A stretch of DNA of 64,000 nucleotides from positions 1 through 64,000 of IMG/VR virus record IMGVR_UViG_3300027763_000027, one strand, 5' to 3'. The DNA is from a virus. Positions within the stretch are counted from its first letter, which is position 1, and every line of letters starts with the position of its first letter. Under the pieces are notes generated by a model that made no database searches, was not told the origin of the DNA, and saw nothing but the letters and a program-made list of their open reading frames with translations. This document shows, one piece after another, positions 38,471 through 48,712 of the stretch. The translations under genes and the position numbers were made by a program.

Positions 38471-41400
38471 GTTTTTTTAAAATCTCTTATTTTAGGAAGT
38501 AAAAGCGACCAATTCGTTGTTTTGTAGCTTGGGACATTAAAATTTATTGTGGGATTTAATGAATGTATTAAATTATCGTCTTTTTCCTTACTATTTTGGA
38601 TTTTAAGAGCTTTTTGTTTTTTTATAATTTTATTAATATTAATTCCTTCTGGGATTTTTAATTTTAAATTAAAATAGTTTTGTAAATCGTCTATAGACCT
38701 TTCGTAATCGTATTCAAAAAGATAATGATTTATTAAATTTACGGATTTATCTTCTATAAAATATTTTTGATTATATTTCCTATATAATTCTCCTGTGGCA
38801 GGATTCTCTGCGCCTGCTTTGTCTGCTGGATTTTTTAATTTTGCACTGTAATTATGCCAAACTGTAGCTTCTGAAGTTAATTTTAAATTCCATCCTTTTA
38901 AAAAACTCAAAAAAGTCATAACGTCTTCTTCTCCTTTGTAGACTATATAATCAGAATAAACTACTTCTTTTAACCATTTTTTACTCGTAAAAAAGAAACC
39001 AGCAGAAATCCAATATGCATCCACCATTTCGTAGTCTTTTAATGAATCTATATTCTTCACTTGCAAGCGATTATCTTTGGGGTTATTATTATCATAGAAA
39101 CCAACTATTTTAAGTGGTGCGTTAAATGGAAAACGTTCGCGCTCTGGGACATTTAAATATTCGTCTTCTTTATCTGGCTTATCAAAATGGTTTGGATAAG
39201 TACTTAATACTACTTTTTCTAAACCGAAGCTTTTGTATTGGTTAATGAGTATATTGTCCCAATTTTTTTTAACTCTGCTATGAGAATCTAGTTGTAAAAA
39301 ATAGTCTTCGTCATTATACAGTTCTTCTTTTATTTTGTTCCTAGCCCAATGAACACCTTTCGTTAATTCTATAGGGGTAAATTTAATCTTTAAATTCTTA
39401 AAATTATAAGACAGTATTTTTTTATAAAAATCTTCGCTGTCCTGTAAATGCAGACCAATACAGATTCTGTCTGAATCGAAAGCTTCTTCATTTAAAGATC
39501 TTATTGTATTTATGACATCTGTATCACAAAAACTGGCTATAGATACGAATATTTTTTCTTTCTTAAAATCCCAAGTATCTTTGTGGTATCTTGCCCAATT
39601 ACCAATATAATTCTTGTCTTCTAAAAAAGTGCATTGTTTTGATTCTTGAAATTTTTCTGTATTTATATAATAATTTTTATCTTCTATATCGTCCATGTAC
39701 CCTCTAATTCTATATATTAAAGACGATAAAGTAGATAATTTATTTCCTACGAATTTTATTGATCTAGAGCAGATCAATTGCTCTATCATAGGTATCCAAT
39801 TTGGGTGAATATCTTTATATTTCTCTTCTAATAAATTATCTAAATCTTTATAAAAATAGACCTGATATTTTTCTTTAAATATCTTAAAAAAATCTTGGTC
39901 TTTATGATCTGTTGCTATATAGAGTTTTGAGCCAAAAGGGATGATATTTTTAATATTCTCTATTATATCTTCTGCAGGTATCAACAATTCTTTGTATTGG
40001 TCTGCATAGTCTCCGCGCCGTACATGTATACTATAATAATTTTTGTCTTTCAAAAGATTAATAAACTGCCATGCAATATCAAATATTTGTGTTTTATATC
40101 TAACGTATTTCCCTGTTAATTTTTTAATCTCCGCGTCTAAAGAGGTATATATAGTTTGCTCTGGCACTCCAAGTAAATTCTTATCTAAAAATATACATTC
40201 TTCATTAGTAAAGTAATCTTCGGCGTTTATATAATTTCTAAATTTTAAAAAATCTTTGGGCGGAATTACCTTTTCAAAGTTTAATACATTTTTAATGCAA
40301 TCAAAATTTAGAATTTTGCTTATTTTTTTTGCAGATTCTAAATCTTCATTTATGTTTTTGATATTACAAAATTCTTTAAATGATAAATGTTTTATCCCGA
40401 AGTCTTGGTCTAATTCAAAATAGTTTTCTATTGCGCTTTCTTCTCGATAAACTGGACTTGGGATTCTGTAGGCTGGTGGAAGTACTAATTTCCTATTTGT
40501 TAAATATGCTATAGAAAAAGCCAATTCTAGAGACATTCTTAAATTATTAAAACCCGCCATCCAAGGACTTAGTATTAGATATCCTGATTCTCCGTTATAA
40601 TTTTTTAAAGCATTAGAAAAATCCCATTTTAAGTAATATAAATAATCCGTATTGCTTTGCGTTAAATTTGTTAGCAATAAATTATCTATAGGAAATTTAC
40701 ATAAAGATAAATCAATATGTTGTTTTTGTTTATTGGTGTATTCTTGTTTAAAAAAAAGATTTTTTTCACTATCATTTTTATCTTTTATAATGTTTGGATA
40801 ATGAATAATATTTCCTATTATTTTTCTATTTTCATTATACCAATCCGTACATGTTCCTAAGTCTTCTATTGTTTTTATATTTATATTTTCTGATTTTAAA
40901 GAAAAGTCTAAACCAAACATGTCAGATATCCATTCTTTTGTTCTTTCTCTAACCAATTCTGAATAAGATGTATTTTTTTTAGATATTTTTTTAAGGGTTA
41001 AAAAATTTATAACAAAAGGATACATTATAGATTCTGTTTTCGTGTATTCAAAAAATTCTGGAAAATCCGCGAATAAATCAAAAAATCTAGAAAAAAATTG
41101 ATCAGCATTTGGGAAAATCTGCCCAATAATTTGATCATCTTCTAATTGATCATATTCTATACGTTTTGCAAAACACATATCTGGATCAACAAATAGTAAT
41201 TTATCAGAATCTTTAAATTTAAAATAATTAGTTTCGCATAACCATTCTATCGATTTATATTTATTTGGTATGCCTCCGTGCCAATCATGCTTTGCTACAG
41301 TCCACTCTTCTGCCCAGTCGGGTAATTTAACCATTTGTACGTTTTGATCTATTAAAAAGTCTTCATATTTTATATCTAAAGCTTTATTTTCTGGATGGTG

Positions 41401-41529
41401 CCTAATATCATCGGACAATAATATTATAAATTTGCCAGATTGATTAACTTTTTTAAATGACCAATATAATAATTTTATTTGCCATAATTGATAGCTGCAA
41501 ACACTTGTGCTTACGATAAGGTAATCCAT
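38467..41529 (-). CDS. Three-domain protein O-glycosyltransferase: HPAT/SRGT-like (GT95/96) + O-fucosyltransferase-like + Skp1-Hyp GlcNAc-transferase-like (GT60)
   Basis: N: SYQLWQIKLLYWSFKKVNQSG...NKYKSIEWL...VDPDM; middle: GFNNLRMSLE...LVLPP...IHVRRGD...LYIATD...EQLICSRS...ST; C: IFVSIASFCD...GVHWAR...YFLQLDSHSR...LSTYP...SAGFFF...GEE. Confidence 0.8.
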   Translation of the reverse strand: MDYLIVSTSVCSYQLWQIKLLYWSFKKVNQSGKFIILLSDDIRHHPENKALDIKYEDFLIDQNVQMVKLPDWAEEWTVAKHDWHGGIPNKYKSIEWLCETNYFKFKDSDKLLFVDPDMCFAKRIEYDQLEDDQIIGQIFPNADQFFSRFFDLFADFPEFFEYTKTESIMYPFVINFLTLKKISKKNTSYSELVRERTKEWISDMFGLDFSLKSENINIKTIEDLGTCTDWYNENRKIIGNIIHYPNIIKDKNDSEKNLFFKQEYTNKQKQHIDLSLCKFPIDNLLLTNLTQSNTDYLYYLKWDFSNALKNYNGESGYLILSPWMAGFNNLRMSLELAFSIAYLTNRKLVLPPAYRIPSPVYREESAIENYFELDQDFGIKHLSFKEFCNIKNINEDLESAKKISKILNFDCIKNVLNFEKVIPPKDFLKFRNYINAEDYFTNEECIFLDKNLLGVPEQTIYTSLDAEIKKLTGKYVRYKTQIFDIAWQFINLLKDKNYYSIHVRRGDYADQYKELLIPAEDIIENIKNIIPFGSKLYIATDHKDQDFFKIFKEKYQVYFYKDLDNLLEEKYKDIHPNWIPMIEQLICSRSIKFVGNKLSTLSSLIYRIRGYMDDIEDKNYYINTEKFQESKQCTFLEDKNYIGNWARYHKDTWDFKKEKIFVSIASFCDTDVINTIRSLNEEAFDSDRICIGLHLQDSEDFYKKILSYNFKNLKIKFTPIELTKGVHWARNKIKEELYNDEDYFLQLDSHSRVKKNWDNILINQYKSFGLEKVVLSTYPNHFDKPDKEDEYLNVPERERFPFNAPLKIVGFYDNNNPKDNRLQVKNIDSLKDYEMVDAYWISAGFFFTSKKWLKEVVYSDYIVYKGEEDVMTFLSFLKGWNLKLTSEATVWHNYSAKLKNPADKAGAENPATGELYRKYNQKYFIEDKSVNLINHYLFEYDYERSIDDLQNYFNLKLKIPEGININKIIKKQKALKIQNSKEKDDNLIHSLNPTINFNVPSYKTTNWSLLLPKIRDFKKT

Positions 41530-41536
41530 ACTGGAT

Positions 41537-41542
41537 TTACAC
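41537..41542 (-). promoter_or_regulatory. GTGTAA motif, putative late promoter
   Basis: 7 nt before the ATG at 41529. Confidence 0.6.
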
Positions 41543-41565
41543 TCTAATAACAGGTATGAATAGTG

Positions 41566-42825
41566 TTATTTTTGAACAAACGTCCAATCTTTCAATTTGT
41601 AATGCACAAATAAATTTCTAAAATATTCACCTTCGTATGGAGTTATTCTTCCATGTTCACACGTAGCGGATTCATACATGATCATTTGGCCTATTTCGGC
41701 ATATATTTTATGCCAATTTCCATTATGATCTTTTATGTCTAATGGCCAATTTTTATCACCTTTTCTATCTACAATTATAATAGTAGAAATATGATGAGTT
41801 GGCAATCTATCTAAATGTGATTTTAAAAATGAACCATTTTTATAACTTCTTATTCCATAGCATGCAGATTTTATAAGTGGAGTTTTAGCCCATTCTTCAT
41901 GAATGGGTTTTAATTGGTCTAAAATTATTTCTCTTATAGTATTTAAATTATCAATTGACATCAATTCTGTTGCATGTTGATTGTCTTTATTTTGTAAAAC
42001 TCCATTGTTTCCTGGTTCTGCGTCTCTTTCTGGTTTTACAACATTTTTTAATATTTCATACGCGTCTTTAATCAAAGCGAAAGTTTGTTCTGGGACTTGT
42101 TTTACCTCAAAACCAATTGGATGGAACTTAGGAACTTCATCATGAGAAGAAAAAGTTTTTTTAGATGCTTCTGTGTTTGTGTTAATATTCATATTTGAAA
42201 TTTTTTTAATAAAGTCTTCTGGAACTTGATTTACTTCATATTCTTTAAACCATCTTGTTAAGATGTACTTTTTACCTTTCGTAACTGGTCTTCCAGCGTG
42301 AAGAGCTGAACGATTTCCTGTACCATCTGAATTAAGATTCTTCCAAATTATTGCCATTCCTGTCTTAGGTTTAAATTTAATATTTATTTTTTGGAACTCT
42401 GTTTCACCCCCCTCAAGATCTTCATTTAAATAGACCATGAAGGTGTAAAGCCTGTTTCCTTGTTGCCCCACATATTCTTTCAAATTCTTTCCTTCAAACC
42501 AATCAAAATGATCCTTAAATTGTTGACCTACCTCATACCTTTGCCCCTGTAAGACTTCGGTTCTTGTTTTGGGTATATTCAAGATATCAGACATTTTGTC
42601 GTTAACTTCTGTTATTAACGCGTGTCTTTTTTCATCCAATATGCTGGAATAAGAAGTTCTATTTTCTACTACTTGAGAAAGTTCTCCTGGAGTTTCTGTT
42701 GCAGTGACCGACCTTACTGCGTCTTGATCTATTAAATCAATTAATATTTTGCATTTATCTGGAGATAAAAAATTATCTATTGTGAATAGTTCTATACCAC
42801 TTTTTTGAACCTTAGTCATGATCAT
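41566..42825 (-). CDS. Prolyl 4-hydroxylase-like protein with two 2OG-Fe(II) oxygenase domains
   Basis: Domain 1: RTS...QGQRYEVGQQFKDHFD...GGETEF...LHAGRPVTKGKKYILTRW; domain 2: HLD...EHGR...RNLFVHY. Confidence 0.85.
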   Translation of the reverse strand: MIMTKVQKSGIELFTIDNFLSPDKCKILIDLIDQDAVRSVTATETPGELSQVVENRTSYSSILDEKRHALITEVNDKMSDILNIPKTRTEVLQGQRYEVGQQFKDHFDWFEGKNLKEYVGQQGNRLYTFMVYLNEDLEGGETEFQKINIKFKPKTGMAIIWKNLNSDGTGNRSALHAGRPVTKGKKYILTRWFKEYEVNQVPEDFIKKISNMNINTNTEASKKTFSSHDEVPKFHPIGFEVKQVPEQTFALIKDAYEILKNVVKPERDAEPGNNGVLQNKDNQHATELMSIDNLNTIREIILDQLKPIHEEWAKTPLIKSACYGIRSYKNGSFLKSHLDRLPTHHISTIIIVDRKGDKNWPLDIKDHNGNWHKIYAEIGQMIMYESATCEHGRITPYEGEYFRNLFVHYKLKDWTFVQK

Positions 42826-42851
42826 ATATTCATTATATTAGAATTTTAAAT

Positions 42852-43802
42852 TTATTCTAAAAAATCATCCTTTTTTTTGACTTGATTTTTGAATTTTGGG
42901 CATCCATTATAAATTCTAGTTTCTATCTTGAACCCCTCAAGATTTTTGAAATTATTATCTAAGCTAGTTTCAATTATTTCATTTTTATCATTTAATTTAA
43001 CATAATATTCATAAGAATCTTTATATGGGCATTTCCATCCACCAATTTGACACATCCATCTATTTTTTTCATTATCAATAGCGAAATTACTTTTGGCAGA
43101 GTTTTCGTCAAATTTATTTATGTAGTCATTAATATGCTCTAAATAATGTTCAAATCCCTTAATTTGCTCTTCATCAAAAGATAATTCTTGTATTGGTTGT
43201 TTTGGAAATCTTAAAAATAAGAATTTAACTATAGGTTTTAATTTTGGCCATAATTTTTTACTAGCTAAACTATACATCATGGCTTGAATATTGGCTTCAA
43301 GATCGTCACCCCTAAACTTATACTTAGAGCTTTTATAGTCTATTATATGCATTTCTTTTTTGATTTTAATTGGTTTATCTATAAATCCCTTAATATGATA
43401 TTTGGGTTCTTCATTTATAATATTAAAGTCGTACTCTGGCTTAACTATATCTCCTCCTTCTCCAAAAAAGTCATTTTTAAGCCCAACTAAAATCATATCG
43501 TTTAATAGTTTATAATTACTTTCATCTAGTTTAACTTTGGCTGACAATTTTTTAACTAATCTATCTATTCCTTCGTCTCCATTTATTGCGTTCTTTTTTA
43601 TTATTCTTTTATAATTTTTAAGGTGTCTTTTATTTAATAATAATTCAAAAACAGTATGACATATTGTCCCTCTCAAAGCTCCGTCATTTTGACTTTGTGG
43701 AACTTTCGTGTGATAATTATTCCAATAAACCCACGAACAAGTTTCAAGAGTTTTGATTCTAGAAGCGGAAAGAATTTTTAAATTTTTATTTTCTGATGCC
43801 AT
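42852..43802 (-). CDS. PD-(D/E)xK exonuclease (RecB/AddB/Cas4-like)
   Basis: LSASRI, GTICH, GFIDK, IIDYKS, QAMMY. Confidence 0.85.
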   Translation of the reverse strand: MASENKNLKILSASRIKTLETCSWVYWNNYHTKVPQSQNDGALRGTICHTVFELLLNKRHLKNYKRIIKKNAINGDEGIDRLVKKLSAKVKLDESNYKLLNDMILVGLKNDFFGEGGDIVKPEYDFNIINEEPKYHIKGFIDKPIKIKKEMHIIDYKSSKYKFRGDDLEANIQAMMYSLASKKLWPKLKPIVKFLFLRFPKQPIQELSFDEEQIKGFEHYLEHINDYINKFDENSAKSNFAIDNEKNRWMCQIGGWKCPYKDSYEYYVKLNDKNEIIETSLDNNFKNLEGFKIETRIYNGCPKFKNQVKKKDDFLE

Positions 43803-44689
43803 TGTAATATTTCCTCTTTATTCATCTCTCCGAAATCTTTTTTAGTTGGTAGGGCTATTTTAATTTGATTTTTATCGAAATATCTTGCGAGTCTAGAGTA
43901 AGTTTTATCAGCAGCTATATTTCCAGCATTGTTTTTATTAGAATCATTATTTAAACTAATATATATATTTTTAATATCTGATTTTAATGCATAATTTAAT
44001 ATAGATAAACTTAAACTTGTTCCGAAGGTAACTATTGTATTCTTAATTCCAGCTTGCCAAAGACTAAGCATGTCTCCTATGCTTTCTATTAGAAATATTT
44101 CTTTCTGTTCTTTTATCGCTTCTTGATTTAAAAATAATGGATATAAAAATTCGCTCTTCTCCCCAAGATGCTTCCATTTTATTTTTGATTTATTAGTAAC
44201 ATCTCTTCCAGAAAAACCGATTATATTATTTTTAATATCAAAAATTGGAAAAACATATCTATTTTTCATTTTACCAGTTGTGGCTATTCCGCCTTTAAAT
44301 TTAATTAATTCTTCTTGGTATACGCCTCTATCTATCCAGTAGTTGTGATTATTTTGTAATTTAGAAAGTAATTCTACATCAAATGTTTTTGTGGATTTTA
44401 AAAGGGGTTTGTCTGTTGGTTCTGGTTTATAAAATGCAAAATTTTTATTTCTTAACCATTCTTTAGCTTTATTTAAATCTTCTAATTTCAAAGTCATGCC
44501 TATCAATGAACTGAAATCTCCACTTATGTTTTCTTTAAAATCAAACCAATGTCCTGTATCTTTATAAATTTTTAAAACTGTATCATTGTCGCTATCTCTA
44601 TAAAGAGGTCTAGTTCTATATTCTTTGCCACAATCTTTTAATTTATACCCCAAATCAGTTAGGATTTGATAAACATTTACTTGATCCAT
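43778..44689 (-). CDS. DNA primase (DnaG-like TOPRIM)
   Basis: RYVFPI, IGFSGR, LIESIGD, KDFGEM. Confidence 0.8.
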   Translation of the reverse strand: MDQVNVYQILTDLGYKLKDCGKEYRTRPLYRDSDNDTVLKIYKDTGHWFDFKENISGDFSSLIGMTLKLEDLNKAKEWLRNKNFAFYKPEPTDKPLLKSTKTFDVELLSKLQNNHNYWIDRGVYQEELIKFKGGIATTGKMKNRYVFPIFDIKNNIIGFSGRDVTNKSKIKWKHLGEKSEFLYPLFLNQEAIKEQKEIFLIESIGDMLSLWQAGIKNTIVTFGTSLSLSILNYALKSDIKNIYISLNNDSNKNNAGNIAADKTYSRLARYFDKNQIKIALPTKKDFGEMNKEEILQWHQKIKI

Positions 44690-45333
44690 TCTAATGCCTC
44701 ACTTATTACAGGAAACTCTTTAATAAAGATCTTTTTGCATTTCTCTGCAATAAGTCTATGTTCTTTTTGAGTATTTTGTTCTGTTCTCAAATCAATGTAA
44801 TGAATCCAGCTTCTAAGCGAGCCTTTCATGTACATTGTCGTTTGAGTTGTTAAAGGCAATATCATTCTCGCTACTTCTTTTGCGACTCCATTTTCAATCA
44901 TTGTATCGTAACAATGTTGAGAAAGCGATAAAGATTCGATAAGAATCTCATTAACTTTATCATATGCATCTGTATTAGTTGGCATAAGATTTTCGCCTAC
45001 TTGCCTATTTTTGTCTCCTTGCAAACGAAGCTCAATATCCTCGAACTCATTTGCAAGACTATATCTTTGACTAAATTCTTGGAAACTAAATGATCTGTGC
45101 CTTAAAATTTGAGCAGCAATTCCACGACTAGTTTTAATTTCAACACACATATCGACTAGTTCAAATGGACTCCAATGTTTGTGTTTAATTAAGAATTTTA
45201 ATAATTTTGGGGCAGTTTCGGTATGCATTTGATTGGATGGGTTACTGACTCTAGCGCAAAATGCAACTAAATCTTCTGCATTTTTAATTCCTTTAATTTC
45301 TGGTTTTGTAACTGATATTAAATCTACATTCAT
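44677..45333 (-). CDS. thyX: Flavin-dependent thymidylate synthase
   Basis: HWSPFE and the RHRSFSFQEFSQRY signature. Confidence 0.95.
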   Translation of the reverse strand: MNVDLISVTKPEIKGIKNAEDLVAFCARVSNPSNQMHTETAPKLLKFLIKHKHWSPFELVDMCVEIKTSRGIAAQILRHRSFSFQEFSQRYSLANEFEDIELRLQGDKNRQVGENLMPTNTDAYDKVNEILIESLSLSQHCYDTMIENGVAKEVARMILPLTTQTTMYMKGSLRSWIHYIDLRTEQNTQKEHRLIAEKCKKIFIKEFPVISEALEWIK

Positions 45334-46814
45334 AGCAACTCTCCGTCGTTTGCGTTTTGATCATTTAATTCATATTGCTCTCTTTGTCTATGTGCTACAT
45401 CGGCCAACGAACCTCTTTCTTCTATATTAAAGTTCGATACTTGATAATTTAAATAGTTTTGCGACCAAATTTCCTTGCCAGTAGAATCTAATCTACGAAC
45501 TAAATCTTGATGCCCTGCAGCGTCTTTACCTTGGAATCTTGTTTTCGTTGGAATAAGTTTATGCGTTCCAAACTGCTGTCCGTCAAGAGTTAATTCATCT
45601 AAAGTTTTTCTTCTAAAGATTGCTACGAAAGAAGCGAACCATTGAAGTCGATCAGAAAGGGATATCACTGAACTATCGTCAACCACTTCTGAACCTTTTC
45701 TGTTAAAGCTTTCTCCCGTTCTATTTAATTGCATTGCTGTGACTATTGGGCAATGAATCTCTTCTGATATCCTTTTGAGTTTATCAATCTTGTCTCCAAT
45801 AGCTTGATGCTCTGCCCAGTTTTGACCGACTTTTTCTCCAGTTAATTTTATATAATCATAAGCTATCATCGCTTGGTTTCCTCTACCAACTTTTGATAAA
45901 TACCATCTTCTAATTATAGAGCAAATTTGATCTATGTTTTTACTACCTACATGGTAATGAAAGTATTCATACTTTTTAACTTTAGTCCAAGCTTCTCTTA
46001 CTTTTTTTGTCATTTCTTCATTTTTTCGCCAATTACCTGTTTCAAGATACCAAACTGGAACGCCACTTAATGATGCAACCATTCTTAATTGAATATCTAT
46101 TGTTTGCATTTCTGTATCTAAAATTAAAGTCTTAGTTTGATTTTTGGGATTAGTTGCTGTCTTGAAGCATATATCGTTAAGCCAAGTAGATTTACCTTGA
46201 CCAGGTCTACTTGCTATTGCGTAAATATTTCCATTTTTTAACCCACCATACATTCTATTGAATTCTGAATATGGGGTAATCAATCCTGTATCATCTTTTG
46301 GAGAGTTTCCAATTTCTTCAATTAAGTCTTCTACTCCATCAAAAATATTAATTGGTACATCATTTTCTGAATATGATGATATTTTTTTATTATAAATGCC
46401 ATCTATTTTGCCAATGATTTCATCTACTGAATCTTCTGAATTTTTTACTACATATTCTTTGAGATTATCAGCTGTTTGAGAAATCTCTCTTCTTATTCTT
46501 AATTTGATTAATTCTTTGCATGCAGTCATTGTAGCTTCTTCTGTTATTTGAGAAAAGCTTAAATTATCAATATAATCAAATATATTAATCTCATCTTTAA
46601 ATGATATACCTAAATTTTTGATTTTCTCTGCAAGTAATATTTTGTCTACATTTTCGCCCTTATGTTTGACATTTTTAAATACAGAGTATATTGTTGAATG
46701 GACGTTATTATAAAAATCATTTTCAGTTAAAAATACATCTATATCGGCAAATAAATCTTGATGCCTTAATAAACCGCTTAATACATGTCTTTCTACTTGT
46801 AAGGAGTAAATCAT
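45330..46814 (-). CDS. dnaB: Replicative DNA helicase
   Basis: SRPGQGKS Walker A, DTEM, YDYIKL, QLNR. Confidence 0.92.
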   Translation of the reverse strand: MIYSLQVERHVLSGLLRHQDLFADIDVFLTENDFYNNVHSTIYSVFKNVKHKGENVDKILLAEKIKNLGISFKDEINIFDYIDNLSFSQITEEATMTACKELIKLRIRREISQTADNLKEYVVKNSEDSVDEIIGKIDGIYNKKISSYSENDVPINIFDGVEDLIEEIGNSPKDDTGLITPYSEFNRMYGGLKNGNIYAIASRPGQGKSTWLNDICFKTATNPKNQTKTLILDTEMQTIDIQLRMVASLSGVPVWYLETGNWRKNEEMTKKVREAWTKVKKYEYFHYHVGSKNIDQICSIIRRWYLSKVGRGNQAMIAYDYIKLTGEKVGQNWAEHQAIGDKIDKLKRISEEIHCPIVTAMQLNRTGESFNRKGSEVVDDSSVISLSDRLQWFASFVAIFRRKTLDELTLDGQQFGTHKLIPTKTRFQGKDAAGHQDLVRRLDSTGKEIWSQNYLNYQVSNFNIEERGSLADVAHRQREQYELNDQNANDGELL

Positions 46815-46824
46815 CCAGTCTTAT

Positions 46825-46853
46825 ATGATACCAATTTAAAATTTAAAAGTCAA
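46825..46853 (-). promoter_or_regulatory. Sigma70-type promoter TTGACT-17-TATCAT
   Basis: 17-nt spacer; 10 nt to the ATG at 46814. Confidence 0.75.
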
Positions 46854-46854
46854 G

Positions 46855-47139
46855 TTATTCTTGGTCTTCGTCTTCGTCTTGATCTTGGTATTCGCTGTCT
46901 TTATCATTTTTTCTAGCAAGTAAATCTGTTGTAGCTTCTAAATTTAATTGATCAATACTTTGGCTCCACGTGTTTAAATAATATAATAAAGCCATAGCAT
47001 TTATTTGATTATCGAATTTAGTAAAAACCTGGGGATCGCCTTTATTTGAAAAATTAAACATAATATATCCGCCGAAACTGCATTCATCAATTTGCTTTAA
47101 TAAGGAGTCTGGAAAGTTAAATTTTTTCTTATTTGTCAC
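46855..47139 (-). CDS. Hypothetical protein with acidic tail
   Basis: 94 aa; GTG start 8 nt after GTGTAA (47148-47153). Confidence 0.7.
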   Translation of the reverse strand: MTNKKKFNFPDSLLKQIDECSFGGYIMFNFSNKGDPQVFTKFDNQINAMALLYYLNTWSQSIDQLNLEATTDLLARKNDKDSEYQDQDEDEDQE

Positions 47140-47153
47140 TAGCTATTTTACAC

Positions 47154-47573
47154 TTAAATAATTAAAATTCCGCACTTTTCTTCTATATATTGTGGTGATA
47201 GGGTTTTTAAATCAAATTCGTAAAGCTCAAGAAATTTAAATTCATTCATTTCGAGCCATTTTTCTTTTTTCACATCCCTTTTTATGCTTTGAAGGTATTT
47301 TAATCGTGAATTATCGTGAAAGAATTTATTAAAGGATTCATGTTGATTACCTTGTATCTCAACCGCTATCTTTTTAGTTGCATTTAATAAATCAACTTTA
47401 AGCATACTTCCATAAACTGGAAACTCCTCATAAACTATATGATTCTTCCAGTAGGGAAGGAAAAATTGTTTAAATTTAAATTGAAGTTTACTGCGACTTT
47501 TACCTTGCCAATCTATTAGATAATTTCTTACGTTTTTGTTAACGAGAGTTCCGTTAACATTTAATAGTCTCAT
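47154..47573 (-). CDS. Vsr/DUF559-like endonuclease
   Basis: EEFPV...VD...AVEIQGNQH...RDVKKEKWLE. Confidence 0.75.
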   Translation of the reverse strand: MRLLNVNGTLVNKNVRNYLIDWQGKSRSKLQFKFKQFFLPYWKNHIVYEEFPVYGSMLKVDLLNATKKIAVEIQGNQHESFNKFFHDNSRLKYLQSIKRDVKKEKWLEMNEFKFLELYEFDLKTLSPQYIEEKCGILII

Positions 47574-48712
47574 GAGGTAAGAGTATTAATAAATTTACTG
47601 TAAAAATAATCAACAATTGGTTTATTCTCTTCTAGATAAGACCTAAGATTATCTACTCCTTGATGTTGCTTTTTAAGTTCAAGATTTTCCTTCTTAAGTT
47701 CTTCAATAATATCATCAGAAAATGTTACCCATGCTCCTTTTGCTGTTGCGAATTCCCAAGCAAGAATTTGATCAATTACTTCGTATTCTTTCCATACGGA
47801 TGAACCGTCTTTGCGACCATATTTAATTGGATATTGAACTTTTGAATTTGTAGATTCATTTGTTGACTTCTTGATTGCAATCTTAACATTATGTCCAATA
47901 ATTTTATTCTTTACTGCATCGTATTTCTCATTTGGCTTTTCAAGAATAAGATCTTTATTGAATTTTGGTTCAAACTCTAGAATCCAATTAGCAAAATGTA
48001 ATAATGCATTTCCGCCAGTGGCTGTAGTTTGACGAATATCTTTATTCGCGGCATAAGGATCAAGTTTAATATCTGATCGAACTTGACTAATAAAAATAGC
48101 CATATGGCCACGCTTAGAAAGAGCAAGGGAAATTTTCTTCATCAACATTGATGAGATAACTGCTCCTCCCGCAACTTTGGTCGCTTCGGTCATGCTTTTT
48201 TGGGAATCTCCCTTTGTCATTAATCCGTCAACTGAATCCAGAATAAACATATATCTCTTATTCTCATCATTAGATTGAATAAGATCTTTCATTAATTCTG
48301 AAACGGTTTCAAAAATATTACATTCAAATACAAAACAAGTTCCGTCAACCCATTCTTTAGGATCAGATACAAATTTAATTCCAGAACGCTCTTTGATTTC
48401 TTTACTTAATCTTCCTTCTGCTTTAAAAAGTAAGGCTCTAGAGCTTTCTACGGACTTAAGAAAGTTCTTTGTAACTTCAAGTGCTTCTGAAGTTTTACCT
48501 CCTTCGTTCATCCCAATAAATCTATGTAAACCTGGAGATAAACCACCACTTGTAGCGATATCCAGGTTTAAACTACCAGTAGATACCTTGTAATATACTT
48601 CATCTTCAAAATTATAATGATCTTCTTTATTGTCTTTTAAAAATGATAATAGTCTATCTGACGCACTCGGGCCAGTTGACTCAACGGCTTCTTCTTTAGG
48701 TTTTCTTCCCAT
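47570..48712 (-). CDS. recA: RecA/UvsX-like recombinase
   Basis: STGSLNLDIA, GMNEGGKT, ILDSV, FISQVR, TGGNALLHFA. Confidence 0.88.
   Translation of the reverse strand: MGRKPKEEAVESTGPSASDRLLSFLKDNKEDHYNFEDEVYYKVSTGSLNLDIATSGGLSPGLHRFIGMNEGGKTSEALEVTKNFLKSVESSRALLFKAEGRLSKEIKERSGIKFVSDPKEWVDGTCFVFECNIFETVSELMKDLIQSNDENKRYMFILDSVDGLMTKGDSQKSMTEATKVAGGAVISSMLMKKISLALSKRGHMAIFISQVRSDIKLDPYAANKDIRQTTATGGNALLHFANWILEFEPKFNKDLILEKPNEKYDAVKNKIIGHNVKIAIKKSTNESTNSKVQYPIKYGRKDGSSVWKEYEVIDQILAWEFATAKGAWVTFSDDIIEELKKENLELKKQHQGVDNLRSYLEENKPIVDYFYSKFINTLTS

Noticed and set aside
34244-48712. Inteins or introns in dnaE, dnaB or recA
   Set aside because: Proteins are of normal or short length with no splice-junction or homing-endonuclease motifs.
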